DNA from: a virus
Lineage: Duplodnaviria > Caudoviricetes
Direction: 5' to 3' (one strand)
DNA length: 50,922 bases
IMG/VR virus record: IMGVR_UViG_3300025508_000027
Coordinates: 1-50,922 of that record
The notes under the pieces were generated by a model. The model searched no databases, was not told the origin of the DNA, and was given only the letters and a program-made list of their open reading frames with translations. The first letter of the stretch is position 1. Each line of letters begins with the position of its first letter. This document shows, piece by piece, positions 27,308 through 36,334 of the stretch. Made by a program: the position numbers and the translations under genes.

Positions 27308-28618
27308 TTATTTCTCAGCGTACAACTGGTGAAGTTGCTTTGCTAGATTGGCTGCGTCGTTAGCTCCAATGTCTTTTGTTATGATGCCAAACCTGTTTAA
27401 ATAGATCTTCCCTGAAATTGAAGTGCTGTTAGACCTACCTAAAGTTCTGAACTTCAATGTACCATCCGTCCTGCCAGGAGAGGAAGAAACCAAAGACTGG
27501 TCTAAAAACCTTGTGTTTGCTGGAAGCTTAGCTATAATATCCCCGTCTCTGTTGTGCAGAAACATATTGAACTGTTTATCTCTCCTTACTATAAAAACAT
27601 TGTTAGGATTGTAGTCAATTGCCGTCACGTTGGAGTCTGGTATTTCAAAAGATTTAGTTCCATCACTAGAATCTAAAGTAGATGTAAAGGCTGGATATCC
27701 TGTCATCCCATCATGACGAACAGCAAAAACATTTCGACTGTTTTGAAAATTTGAATTAGATGCGCTAACAACACCGTCGGATTGCGGTCTACCTCCAAAG
27801 CCAAACGTCTCTCCTTCATTGTCTGCGTATATAGCTCCTATACCATAACTCGTACTGGTAGCTATACCGTTCGTGTTAAAAACTAAATATATAGTGTAAT
27901 CTGTTTCAGTAGCGAAAAAATCAGCAGCAGCCCTAAACCCATCTGTAGACCCTATGGTGGCGGCCTTTTTAATAAGGGTTGACTCTCCTACGTCGGTGAC
28001 TGCATTACAAGTTCCGCCTAAAATGCCTAGAGTATATGCAGATCCTTCAGTCCCGTCATTTCTCCATCCTGAGTTAATGCTAGCTCCATTAGTATATTGA
28101 GCAATTCCCTCGTGATTATAGTCAACAGAAGGTATGTCGTTAGGAAATGTTATTCCAGCTATGGTTTGTTGAAACTTCTTAGCTTCATCACCAACAGATA
28201 TTTCTTTTGTTATTGTGTTTATAGGGGCTGAAGGTATTACAGATCTTACATCATCTACTGTGTCCACTACAGCCTTGTCAAACGTAGACTTACCATCTAC
28301 CACATCAAACTTCATGATGTTCTTGGCTGTGTCTCTAGACATAAAGTTGATCACATCCTCTATCAGCCCAGATTCAGCCCCCTCTTTACAGGCTACGGTA
28401 ATGTTTGCTTTAGGTATTGACTCACCCTCTTGAAGGACAGACTCATCAAAGCCGTTGCAATCCTTGAACGTAAAGACTACTTTCTTTTTACCAGCTGTAA
28501 TAAAAGTAAGGTTCTCTGAAGGGATGGCGATAGTGCTCAATCCCACACCTGTGTCTGAGAACGAAGCGCTAGTCTCTGACTCTGGCTCCCTACGGAAAAA
28601 GAAGAATTTTCTGTCCAT
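27308..28618 (-). CDS. Putative virion decoration protein: N-terminal anchor-like domain plus beta-rich (LamG-like) domain
   Basis: N-terminus resembles the 107 and 110 aa proteins after the capsid gene; DYTIYLVFN and beta-sandwich-like composition. Confidence 0.55.
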   Translation of the reverse strand: MDRKFFFFRREPESETSASFSDTGVGLSTIAIPSENLTFITAGKKKVVFTFKDCNGFDESVLQEGESIPKANITVACKEGAESGLIEDVINFMSRDTAKNIMKFDVVDGKSTFDKAVVDTVDDVRSVIPSAPINTITKEISVGDEAKKFQQTIAGITFPNDIPSVDYNHEGIAQYTNGASINSGWRNDGTEGSAYTLGILGGTCNAVTDVGESTLIKKAATIGSTDGFRAAADFFATETDYTIYLVFNTNGIATSTSYGIGAIYADNEGETFGFGGRPQSDGVVSASNSNFQNSRNVFAVRHDGMTGYPAFTSTLDSSDGTKSFEIPDSNVTAIDYNPNNVFIVRRDKQFNMFLHNRDGDIIAKLPANTRFLDQSLVSSSPGRTDGTLKFRTLGRSNSTSISGKIYLNRFGIITKDIGANDAANLAKQLHQLYAEK

Positions 28619-28622
28619 GAAA

Positions 28623-28630
28623 CAAATATA
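28623..28630 (-). promoter_or_regulatory. -7 promoter box TATATTTG, 4 nt before ATG
   Basis: Directly downstream of a terminator. Confidence 0.7.
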
Positions 28631-28636
28631 CGAAAC

Positions 28637-28662
28637 AAAAAAGCCACCCGAAGGTGGCCTTT
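28637..28662 (-). terminator. Intrinsic terminator
   Basis: Minus strand GCCACC-TTCG-GGTGGC-TTTTTT, just after the stop at 28666. Confidence 0.85.
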
Positions 28663-28665
28663 CTT

Positions 28666-29496
28666 TTATGCTAGGCGTTCAAGCTTCTCCTCAAGGGAGG
28701 ATAGAACGGAAGATCCTTTCTCTGTTAGGCAGAACCTAACCATTACGTCTAGTGGGTCTTGACCTACAGGCGAGGAAACGATTAGGCTGTTGGTATCAAA
28801 CCAATAAACACCATCCGTTTTTACGTTGATGATTTGATAGTCTTTAGCCTGAACTACAATGGATCGTGCCTGAACCTGAGGTGAATCAAAAGACTCTATA
28901 AAAGCTTGAGGCTTGTTCTTAGCGATCCTAAGGAGGTTAAAGCGAATCTCTGATACTGGAGAGTTAATATTAACGTTGAAGTACATAGCGATAGGCAGAA
29001 GCTCCTGTATATCTGTGTCTCTAACTAAAGCCACAGCGTCAGTCATCAAGAACTCTTTTTTGAGCTCCATCTCGGCGTCTTTCTTTTTGTTTACCTCTCT
29101 AAATACTTTACCTCCGTTCGCTGAGTTGTGAGGGTGTAGTTCAAGAAACTTACGCATGTTTGGCTTGTCCTTAGGGACAAACAGCTTACCCTCTCTAAAA
29201 GCAACAGATTCACGTCGTGCGTTTTCTGATTGCTCATCACGCCAAATAGAAGGCTCATTAGGGCAGTATCTAATCTCCCTTACGGTATCGTTTTCAGAAT
29301 CGTATACGGTTACTCCTTTTTGAGGAAGCATATAAACGATCCCACCACCTTTAACAATTTCGTACTCTTTGTGCTGAAGAACCTCTTCTTTTCTCTTGAT
29401 AGATCGCTTCTTTTTAACTGGGGCTGTCGGCGCTACTTGAGCCTCAGGTTGGACTTTTTTAGGCCGTCCAGGAGCCTTCTTAGTTGGGGTATTCAT
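28666..29496 (-). CDS. Hypothetical late protein (276 aa) with an N-terminal AT-hook-like PGRPKK
   Basis: Long ORF with its own promoter and terminator; REIRY.PN..SI and FLELHP.N motifs. Confidence 0.7.
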   Translation of the reverse strand: MNTPTKKAPGRPKKVQPEAQVAPTAPVKKKRSIKRKEEVLQHKEYEIVKGGGIVYMLPQKGVTVYDSENDTVREIRYCPNEPSIWRDEQSENARRESVAFREGKLFVPKDKPNMRKFLELHPHNSANGGKVFREVNKKKDAEMELKKEFLMTDAVALVRDTDIQELLPIAMYFNVNINSPVSEIRFNLLRIAKNKPQAFIESFDSPQVQARSIVVQAKDYQIINVKTDGVYWFDTNSLIVSSPVGQDPLDVMVRFCLTEKGSSVLSSLEEKLERLA

Positions 29497-29517
29497 ATTG
29501 AATTAAATTAATTACTG

Positions 29518-29525
29518 CAAATATA
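29518..29525 (-). promoter_or_regulatory. -7 promoter box TATATTTG
   Basis: Intergenic, 21 nt before the ATG at 29496. Confidence 0.65.
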
Positions 29526-29533
29526 GGGAAAAT

Positions 29534-29558
29534 AAAAAAGGCCCCCTAAGGAGCCTTT
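29534..29558 (-). terminator. Intrinsic terminator of the capsid operon
   Basis: Minus strand AGGCTCC-TTAG-GGGGCCT followed by a T-tract. Confidence 0.75.
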
Positions 29559-29579
29559 CTTGTAGTAGTTTAATTGCTA

Positions 29580-30128
29580 TTAAGAAGCAAATAGTAACGT
29601 ACCAGTCGCTGCACCAGCAGTAACACCGATATCAGCCTTAGCGTTTACGTTAACGTTCCAAAGTCCAGCATCTAAGCATGTAAATACAAACGCAGAGTCA
29701 TAAGAAAGGAAGTTTACAGTATCGTTAGTTGGTGTAAAAATTATAGAAGTTTCACCAGCTGTAGACACATCGTAAGACATTTTGTTACTACTTGTTGTTG
29801 GGATACAAGAGCCTGTTCTAAAAGCATCTGATCCTGCACAATCAATAGTCATCGTAGATGTTCCTCCAGCTGGGTCCTCAGTGATAACAAGCACTACAAC
29901 AGCACCCGCTGTAGCAGCAGGTAAAGTAGATGCAAGTGCAGCAGCACCAGTATACGTCTGGAGATTAACTTGGTTAACTACAAGGGTATTTGCGTTAGAG
30001 CCCACTGTTGGTGTTCCTACGCTAAGTCCCGTGTAATCTCCCAAAATAGCTCTTGGCACTGAGCCAATGCTTGCGAAGTTAGCATTGAGGTCGTCTACGT
30101 TTAATTTTTTTAGAATGAGTTCATTCAT
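29580..30128 (-). CDS. Putative capsid decoration/head fibre protein (182 aa)
   Basis: TLPAATAG and FTC..AG.W motifs; Thr/Ala/Gly-rich; follows the capsid gene. Confidence 0.55.
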   Translation of the reverse strand: MNELILKKLNVDDLNANFASIGSVPRAILGDYTGLSVGTPTVGSNANTLVVNQVNLQTYTGAAALASTLPAATAGAVVVLVITEDPAGGTSTMTIDCAGSDAFRTGSCIPTTSSNKMSYDVSTAGETSIIFTPTNDTVNFLSYDSAFVFTCLDAGLWNVNVNAKADIGVTAGAATGTLLFAS

Positions 30129-30203
30129 ATTTTCTAAGTTTTTAAAAGTTAAAGTGTAAAAGTGAGGGAAAGCCTTTCCTCCCCTCCTTTCACATTTTAG
30201 TTG

Positions 30204-30536
30204 TTATGACGCCTCCGTTATGGTGATGTCAGTTCCAAAGTCAACAACGCTTGAAATTGAGTCATTGAGATTATTATCGCCTATGTTGATAAAGGCTTGT
30301 TTTCCATAATTGATCTCATTAACGAGCTCTTTCATAAAGGTTCTAGCCTCGCCAGAGGTAATAGTAATAACAAATAAGTCGCTGTCAACCGCGATATTGT
30401 TTTGAAGGTGCAATCTAATAGTAGTTGCATCGTGTTCGTAAACAGCCTTAAGACCTGAAGCGGGATATGTTCTAGCTTCGTCTTGAGTTGCATCTGTAGC
30501 AGTATTCACATACAGAAATTTTTTAGATAAATCCAT
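30204..30536 (-). CDS. Putative auxiliary capsid protein (110 aa)
   Basis: Paralogue-like to 30558-30881. Confidence 0.6.
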   Translation of the reverse strand: MDLSKKFLYVNTATDATQDEARTYPASGLKAVYEHDATTIRLHLQNNIAVDSDLFVITITSGEARTFMKELVNEINYGKQAFINIGDNNLNDSISSVVDFGTDITITEAS

Positions 30537-30557
30537 AATTTATATTTTTGTATGTTA

Positions 30558-30881
30558 TTAAGCTGTAGTTGTTGGTATAGCACCACATGAAGTTATATCA
30601 GAGTGAAGGAACTCTGAAGCAATATCATCGACAACGACAATAAGCGCTTGACCTCCACTTCTAATTTCTTCAGCAACTGCTTGCATTACCTCTCTACCTT
30701 TATTATCATTTATAACGACAGGTATGTTAAACTCTCCTACTCCATCATCCCCTGTTGCGGAATCGATAAAATTAAAGTCTAAAGCAGTACCCGCACTATC
30801 AATGTGCATATGAGACAACTCGCGAGCTGGCAGACAGATTGAATCGGCTGCCGCTGTTTTGAATACTAAGTATTTTTCCAT
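30558..30881 (-). CDS. Putative auxiliary capsid protein (107 aa)
   Basis: Immediately after the major capsid gene. Confidence 0.6.
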   Translation of the reverse strand: MEKYLVFKTAAADSICLPARELSHMHIDSAGTALDFNFIDSATGDDGVGEFNIPVVINDNKGREVMQAVAEEIRSGGQALIVVVDDIASEFLHSDITSCGAIPTTTA

Positions 30882-30925
30882 AATATTTTCTATCTTTTAT
30901 AGGTCGTTAAACCTAGTTAATATTA

Positions 30926-32329
30926 TTATCCCTTAATCATTACGTGTTGGTTAGCAGCTCTAACACACAAAGCAACTTCTGATCTGTAGTGGAAGACCGC
31001 TTGGTCAGTTCCCAAATCACCGTTGTTAGTATGTCCCAAAACGCCACCACCAGTCACCCAGTGCTCCATCTCACGAGAGTATCCATTCGCCTCCTTGTAG
31101 TACAAAGCCAAAGAAGGAGACTTAACTCCAGTGCGGGCGTCAGCAATCTGGCTCATAGGAACCATAGCGCCTTGCACGTAGTTAGAAGCACCCAACAAAG
31201 TAGGATCGTTCAACAACTTCCAGTCATGCTTGTGGAAAGTGTAACCACCACGAGTAAACGACTTAAAGCCAAGCTTTACAGCCATGTCAGCGTCGTTATT
31301 AAACGCACCGAACTGACCAGCCAAACCAGCAGTAACGCCAGTAGCGATACCTGAAGCCAACATGTCGTCGATAGCCAAGTCTTGCTTTCTGTTTACGTAC
31401 ATAGCGTACTCAGATGGCGCTCCTTGCTTATCAAGCTCGATAATAACATCGTCAAACTCAGAGAATGAATCCATTGGGTTAGCGTTAGCGTTGCTTACTT
31501 GAATTCCGCGATCCTCGATGGCTGCGAAGTAACCTTCAGAACCAGCGAGTCCGTCATCAAGAGTTACAGCGCCACCGTCGAACTTCTCACCGAAGAGCAT
31601 CATCATCTCACGCTGATCTTCAAAACGCTTACGCGCCTCTTGCTCAGCATACATGAACCATCGGTATTCACCACCTCCTACGTCTACCCATCCGATGTTT
31701 GTTGCCTGTGAACCGTTCACTTCGTGACGGCCTTTAACAATCATGAATGGGTTCTTATAGCGCTCAATGTCGCTCTCACGGAAAGCTGTTGGTTGATTTG
31801 TGCCTTGAGCGTACATATTACCCAAAACAATCCACTCACCACCTACTGCGTCATAGTCAGCAGAAGTAGCTGCGCTTCCGTCAAGCTTAGCTAAAACAAC
31901 ATTAGAAGCACTTCCTGTTCCAAACCCACCAGACTTAACAATAAAACGAGTTCCAGTAGAACTGTCCATTACAACGTCATTAGCTTGAACGTTAGAAGTG
32001 AAGCTGTCAGCGCCAGCTGTGACCGTTAGGTCAGCGCCGTTGTCTGTGATATTAGCAACTACATAAGTGAAAGACTTGTGACGTCTTCCTGTTTCCCACC
32101 AGTCGATCTGGTCGGATGATCCACCAGCGTTTACCGCGCCAGTCAATTTTAAAAACCCAGTAATACCTTGCTCACCATAAGTCTCAACGAGATTCGGCAT
32201 AACCTCATCTTTCGTTGCCTTAATAAGCGTGTCAATAGTAGTATAGGATTCGGGCGAGATTCCAAATTGAGAACCCGCAGTATCTAGATTAGGGAGGTTA
32301 GTCCCTCTAGTATTACCAATAGTAGCCAT
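30926..32329 (-). CDS. Major capsid protein (crAss-like, HK97 fold)
   Basis: 467 aa; SDQIDWWETGR, GSQATNIGWV, RFED.RE.MML.GE, GSEGYFAAIE.RG, LDKQGA..E, LGF..F.RG.Y.F.K.DWK.LN, H.RSE..L...AAN. Confidence 0.88.
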   Translation of the reverse strand: MATIGNTRGTNLPNLDTAGSQFGISPESYTTIDTLIKATKDEVMPNLVETYGEQGITGFLKLTGAVNAGGSSDQIDWWETGRRHKSFTYVVANITDNGADLTVTAGADSFTSNVQANDVVMDSSTGTRFIVKSGGFGTGSASNVVLAKLDGSAATSADYDAVGGEWIVLGNMYAQGTNQPTAFRESDIERYKNPFMIVKGRHEVNGSQATNIGWVDVGGGEYRWFMYAEQEARKRFEDQREMMMLFGEKFDGGAVTLDDGLAGSEGYFAAIEDRGIQVSNANANPMDSFSEFDDVIIELDKQGAPSEYAMYVNRKQDLAIDDMLASGIATGVTAGLAGQFGAFNNDADMAVKLGFKSFTRGGYTFHKHDWKLLNDPTLLGASNYVQGAMVPMSQIADARTGVKSPSLALYYKEANGYSREMEHWVTGGGVLGHTNNGDLGTDQAVFHYRSEVALCVRAANQHVMIKG

Positions 32330-32341
32330 AATTTATAATTT

Positions 32342-33451
32342 TTAGATTTTAAAACTCATCTTATTGTTGTTACCGATGAGCTGTCTCACTTGATCTGCAA
32401 GTGGAGACGATTGTTGATTTTGATTCGTGTTAGGGGCTGTCTGCGTGGATACGTTAGCCGCTGTGTTCACGATAGTTTTTTGACCGTCACCCAACCCTTG
32501 GGTGTAAACAGACTTTACAATTTTGTCAATGTTATCAATCAAAGCCCTATGCGAAGACAGCATGTCGTAATCCCAGCTTCCGTCCTCTCGCACGTAATCA
32601 TCGAAGTACTCGTCAAGACGAGCGTTCTTATTTATTAACTCTGACTTGTAGTTGTCGTCAAGGCCAAACTCAAAAGTCTTCTCGTTCCCTAGGTCAAACT
32701 CTAGACCTGTGAGATCGTTAACTTCCTGTGACATTTCCGCTACCCACGCATCATCAATAACAGATTCAGGAGCGTTAGACTCATAGTCAGGAGTAGAGTA
32801 TTTACCTCTAATCCCTTCGATGTCTTGACGCGCCTTGTCTCCGTCCATTTTAAGCTGTAACTGTGCAAGCTGAACCTCGCTCTCAGTACTGAGATCTGGA
32901 TCAACATTGTACTTGCTGTTAACGAGTAAGTCTAGCTCATCGTAAGATAGATTAGGGTATTGATTCGCCATTTGAATGCGAATAGCTGTCATGTCATCCA
33001 TACTCTCTGGATTCAATGACTGATACCTAAACCAATCCTCTGGTGCTCGGCCCGTTTCCTCTACGAACCTCGCGATGGCTTCAACACGCTCGTCAATAGC
33101 GTTTGCTTCAGCTTGTTGAGTATTTTCAAGTTCATCAAAAGAACTGATCTCCCTTCCTAAGCGATCGCTTAGAAATTCCATAACAGCTCCTTCGAGTTCA
33201 CCTTCAGAATACTCTGTATCAGATGTTGGCTCGGCGGTTTCCCGCTGAACCTCATTCTCTTGTATTGGTTGCTCCGTCTGCATCTCCTGTACGGGAGTTT
33301 CTTGCATTGGAGTCTCTTCTACCGTAGGCTGTTCAGGTGTTACCTGTTCAGCTTGTGGTTGTTCTGGTGTGCTACTCATTGACGCAGCAAGGTCCTCAGG
33401 GTTGCTGAAGACCTTCATTCCACCAATCTCTTCGATTGTATTTTGTTCCAT
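32342..33451 (-). CDS. Putative scaffolding protein
   Basis: Acidic, Glu/Gln/Pro-rich N-terminus, helical, directly upstream of the capsid gene. Confidence 0.65.
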   Translation of the reverse strand: MEQNTIEEIGGMKVFSNPEDLAASMSSTPEQPQAEQVTPEQPTVEETPMQETPVQEMQTEQPIQENEVQRETAEPTSDTEYSEGELEGAVMEFLSDRLGREISSFDELENTQQAEANAIDERVEAIARFVEETGRAPEDWFRYQSLNPESMDDMTAIRIQMANQYPNLSYDELDLLVNSKYNVDPDLSTESEVQLAQLQLKMDGDKARQDIEGIRGKYSTPDYESNAPESVIDDAWVAEMSQEVNDLTGLEFDLGNEKTFEFGLDDNYKSELINKNARLDEYFDDYVREDGSWDYDMLSSHRALIDNIDKIVKSVYTQGLGDGQKTIVNTAANVSTQTAPNTNQNQQSSPLADQVRQLIGNNNKMSFKI

Positions 33452-33472
33452 TATATTTAATTAATTGTGTTT

Positions 33473-33808
33473 TTATAGGTAGGCCATTACGATATCTCCA
33501 GCCCCACAAGCAATTTCACTAAAGTTTCCGTAAACAGTAGTTCCTGCTGGAATTTTCATAGCTAAAGCAACTGTTGGGATCAGCTCATAAATGCCCGCAG
33601 CGTGAGTTCCTGCGAGCGTCGCGCCACTAGCATCAAGGTGCTCAGACCCGCTAGAGTCGTCTGCGTCAAGACCTTCATAAATGCCGCCCTTTACGGCAAT
33701 AGTGCCATCAACATCTAAAACAGTAATTGCCTTGAAGTATCGACCTTCAGGAGCGCTAACTGTGGTGCTGGCCCCTATATAAACTGGCTTGAGTCCTTTT
33801 AAATCCAT
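33473..33808 (-). CDS. Putative structural protein (111 aa)
   Basis: IPAGTTVYG.F.EI...G..MAY ending, typical of small beta-rich virion proteins. Confidence 0.55.
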   Translation of the reverse strand: MDLKGLKPVYIGASTTVSAPEGRYFKAITVLDVDGTIAVKGGIYEGLDADDSSGSEHLDASGATLAGTHAAGIYELIPTVALAMKIPAGTTVYGNFSEIACGAGDIVMAYL

Positions 33809-33818
33809 GTCTTATTTA

Positions 33819-34238
33819 TTATGATGCTCCAGCTCCAGTGAACGGAACAGTTGAGTTGTCGTTACCAAATATACCGTATTCTACCATCGTGTCTACCTTT
33901 GTAGCATAAACAACGTAAGCCTTATCCACTGCAACGGGGATAAAAGCAAACTCACCACCACCGATTTTAGCCACAAGGCCATCAGAGTCAGTATCGTTGT
34001 ATATATAAACGTATTGCTCAAGCTCCGAGTCTAAGTTCTTGACATACATGTAGGCTCTGTCATTGCACTGATTAGCAGCGTAAATACGTAGAGCGGTAGT
34101 GTCGTGGTCGATAGCCTTTACCTTGGCTCTGATTAAAGCACCAGAGTCGCAAGTGAGGTTAGCCACTGTGCTTAAGGCCAACGCGCTCGTAAGCACGTCA
34201 GCACTATTAAGGCTGAGTGAAGCGCGTACTATTGCCAT
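33819..34238 (-). CDS. Putative structural protein (139 aa)
   Basis: Paralogue of 34238-34633. Confidence 0.6.
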   Translation of the reverse strand: MAIVRASLSLNSADVLTSALALSTVANLTCDSGALIRAKVKAIDHDTTALRIYAANQCNDRAYMYVKNLDSELEQYVYIYNDTDSDGLVAKIGGGEFAFIPVAVDKAYVVYATKVDTMVEYGIFGNDNSTVPFTGAGAS

Positions 34239-34633
34239 TATGCTTCGTAGATAACAGCGAACTCAATAGTAAAGGCAGTAGAAACGCTAGGGGTAATCTT
34301 AATGTCTTGATCGCCATTGAATGGAAGCAAGCACCAGTCACCAGCATACAAACGACCGAGCAGCTGAGACTCGATAGTTACAATAGCGTTTTCAGTGGCT
34401 ACCGTACTGGTATTCTTAATATAAACCTTGTGAGCCTTGTCGTCAGCATAATCCCCTTTATCAACGAGAGTGTACTGAGAACTAGATGATGTTGTTTTGC
34501 GACCAACTCCAGTTGTTTGGTCTAAACCAGTGAGCGTTCCCGCCTTGGTGAGTGTCGCTGTAGTTGACAGCGCGAGAGCGTCACCCGTAAGGTCCCCGCT
34601 CGAAAGTGTGATTGTTGCAGTAGTAGTAGCCAT
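34238..34633 (-). CDS. Putative structural protein (131 aa)
   Basis: Paralogue of 33819-34238; TAATG coupling between them. Confidence 0.6.
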   Translation of the reverse strand: MATTTATITLSSGDLTGDALALSTTATLTKAGTLTGLDQTTGVGRKTTSSSSQYTLVDKGDYADDKAHKVYIKNTSTVATENAIVTIESQLLGRLYAGDWCLLPFNGDQDIKITPSVSTAFTIEFAVIYEA

Positions 34634-34653
34634 TATTGTTGGTTATATGAATG

Positions 34654-34661
34654 CAAATATA
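34654..34661 (-). promoter_or_regulatory. -7 promoter box TATATTTG, probably driving the capsid operon
   Basis: Intergenic, 20 nt before the ATG at 34633. Confidence 0.65.
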
Positions 34662-34665
34662 GTAA

Positions 34666-34914
34666 TTATTTTTTAGGCTTTTTCTTGACCTTAAATCTGG
34701 CAACCCTACCCTTTTTGCGTTTTTCTTTTCGTGCTCTTCTTCTCTCTGCTGGAGTGAGCTCACCCCATGTAGCAGGAGTTTCTGAGGAAACCCTCACCCT
34801 AGGTCTGAAAGTCTTCTTTTCCCCCCCAGTATCCTTTTCTCCAGATTCTGTCTGCCAGTCTTCTTTGAACCATCGTTTAAGGTTCAGTCCAGACTTAGTT
34901 TTCCTTACCGCCAT
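34666..34914 (-). CDS. Small basic protein (LKRWFKEDW family)
   Basis: LKRWFKE.W...RP..RVS..TP.T..EL motif, recalled from aquatic phages and giant viruses. Confidence 0.65.
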   Translation of the reverse strand: MAVRKTKSGLNLKRWFKEDWQTESGEKDTGGEKKTFRPRVRVSSETPATWGELTPAERRRARKEKRKKGRVARFKVKKKPKK

Positions 34915-35101
34915 TGCCCCAGTTTTTCGCGCCTACCTTCCTACACTTAGCCAACGCGCCAGAGGCGTAAGCAGAGGGCCACACTTTGTACCTCTTCTTC
35001 ACTTTGTAATAACAGGCATCCTTTAGAGTACCGCCTTTTTTATACTTCTTGCAGCCGCAATCACAATCCTCTTTACCGCACCCTGCTTTCTTAGCTCTCA
35101 T
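34895..35101 (-). CDS. Small basic protein (WPSAYASG family)
   Basis: DACY.KVK.RYKVWPSAYASGAL.KCRK motif; Cys-rich N-terminus. Confidence 0.65.
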   Translation of the reverse strand: MRAKKAGCGKEDCDCGCKKYKKGGTLKDACYYKVKKRYKVWPSAYASGALAKCRKVGAKNWGNGGKEN

Positions 35102-35279
35102 GGCTAACGAGCTTAAACTTGGCTTCTTTGACAGCGCCAGGGTGTGGTTTATAATCTCCCTTCATGAGAAAGTATCTACCCCGATCCACCATCCAGTGAT
35201 AACCAGAAGGTGCTGAGACAGACTTCGTGGCACTGCTAACATTGAGCTTTCCGCCTTTATTGTGCTTAACTGTATTCAT
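35091..35279 (-). CDS. Small basic protein (62 aa)
   Basis: AP.GYHWM motif; coupled to both neighbours. Confidence 0.6.
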   Translation of the reverse strand: MNTVKHNKGGKLNVSSATKSVSAPSGYHWMVDRGRYFLMKGDYKPHPGAVKEAKFKLVSHES

Positions 35280-35584
35280 GATCCTTTAACCCACTTCTTG
35301 CTTGAAGATTTAGTCTTGCTTGGGGACCACTTCACTTTGTTGGCCCAGTATGCTGCACTGCACTTACCCTTGGCTATGTTCTTGGCGTGGCGGCTCTTAA
35401 AGGCTTTGCGTTGCCCTGCGGTTTGATTGGTTTTTACACCAGCTTGCCCAAAGCGAATAATCTTGATTTTGCCGTTACAACGAACAGCAACTACGTGTGA
35501 TTTACCGCCGCTGCTAGAACGCTTAGGCTTGTTTAAACCTGACAGCCCAAACCGCTTGAGCTTTTTCTTTACATCTTCAGCCAT
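35276..35584 (-). CDS. Small basic protein (IRFG / FKSRH / AYWA family)
   Basis: NKPKR...KSHVV...KIIRFGQ.G...RKAFKSRH...SAAYWA.KVKW. Confidence 0.7.
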   Translation of the reverse strand: MAEDVKKKLKRFGLSGLNKPKRSSSGGKSHVVAVRCNGKIKIIRFGQAGVKTNQTAGQRKAFKSRHAKNIAKGKCSAAYWANKVKWSPSKTKSSSKKWVKGS

Positions 35585-35588
35585 AAAG

Positions 35589-35596
35589 CAAAGATA
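35589..35596 (-). promoter_or_regulatory. -7 promoter box TATCTTTG, 4 nt before ATG
   Basis: Matches TAnnTTTG; intergenic. Confidence 0.7.
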
Positions 35597-35611
35597 ATAA
35601 AAACAAAATAG

Positions 35612-36334
35612 TCAGGTAAATCTATTCTTTAAAGCGTTGTAGTTTTGGAGGATTTCTGTGGAGGAGAGTGTCCTAAAATATAACATAGCTGTAGCTATAT
35701 TACCTGGCCATAATAAGAGGGGAGAGATTTTATTAGAAGCCGCATAAGAGCCAATTCTAAAGGGAATGCCATTATTCGAGATGTCTTCACCGTCAAGGGC
35801 AGATATATCAGCGTTTGACACAGTATCTGCTGTACCATCTACGTAAATGCTTACATTACCACTTCTATCCCAAACACCCGTAATAAAGTACCAAGTATCA
35901 AGAGATAAAGCGGTGGAGCCAGTCGAAATCTTTGCGCTGGAGCCACCCGCAGCGAGAAGTAACGTTACTTTTCTACTGGAGTTAGCGCCCATGAAATATC
36001 TGTCACCACTACTAGCGTATGATTTGCTGACTATTGTAATGAAACCTGAGGGGTTTGATGTGAGTTTTACCCATGATGATATGGTCATATCTTGGGTGCC
36101 AATGTTTAGTATACTGCCTCCAAAATCAACCATATCGTCAGCCCCATCAAACACAATAGAGCCACCATCTCCTGAATCATAAGTAGGCCCATTAGTAGGC
36201 TCAAGTGTTCCTTCTTTTTTCTCAACCAAATCCGTCCAAGTAGTTCCACTACCAGGATAGCTATTCTCGTTAGCTGCATCCACGTAGAACACCAACCCAT
36301 CCGTCACTATGCCTTTACCGAAACTGTAACTCAT
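35612..36334 (-). CDS. LamG/concanavalin A-like lectin-fold protein (putative receptor binding)
   Basis: IVTDGLVFYVDAAN..SYPGSG.TW, FDG.DD, TISSWVK, WYFITGVWD, LS..EILQNYNA. Confidence 0.85.
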   Translation of the reverse strand: MSYSFGKGIVTDGLVFYVDAANENSYPGSGTTWTDLVEKKEGTLEPTNGPTYDSGDGGSIVFDGADDMVDFGGSILNIGTQDMTISSWVKLTSNPSGFITIVSKSYASSGDRYFMGANSSRKVTLLLAAGGSSAKISTGSTALSLDTWYFITGVWDRSGNVSIYVDGTADTVSNADISALDGEDISNNGIPFRIGSYAASNKISPLLLWPGNIATAMLYFRTLSSTEILQNYNALKNRFT

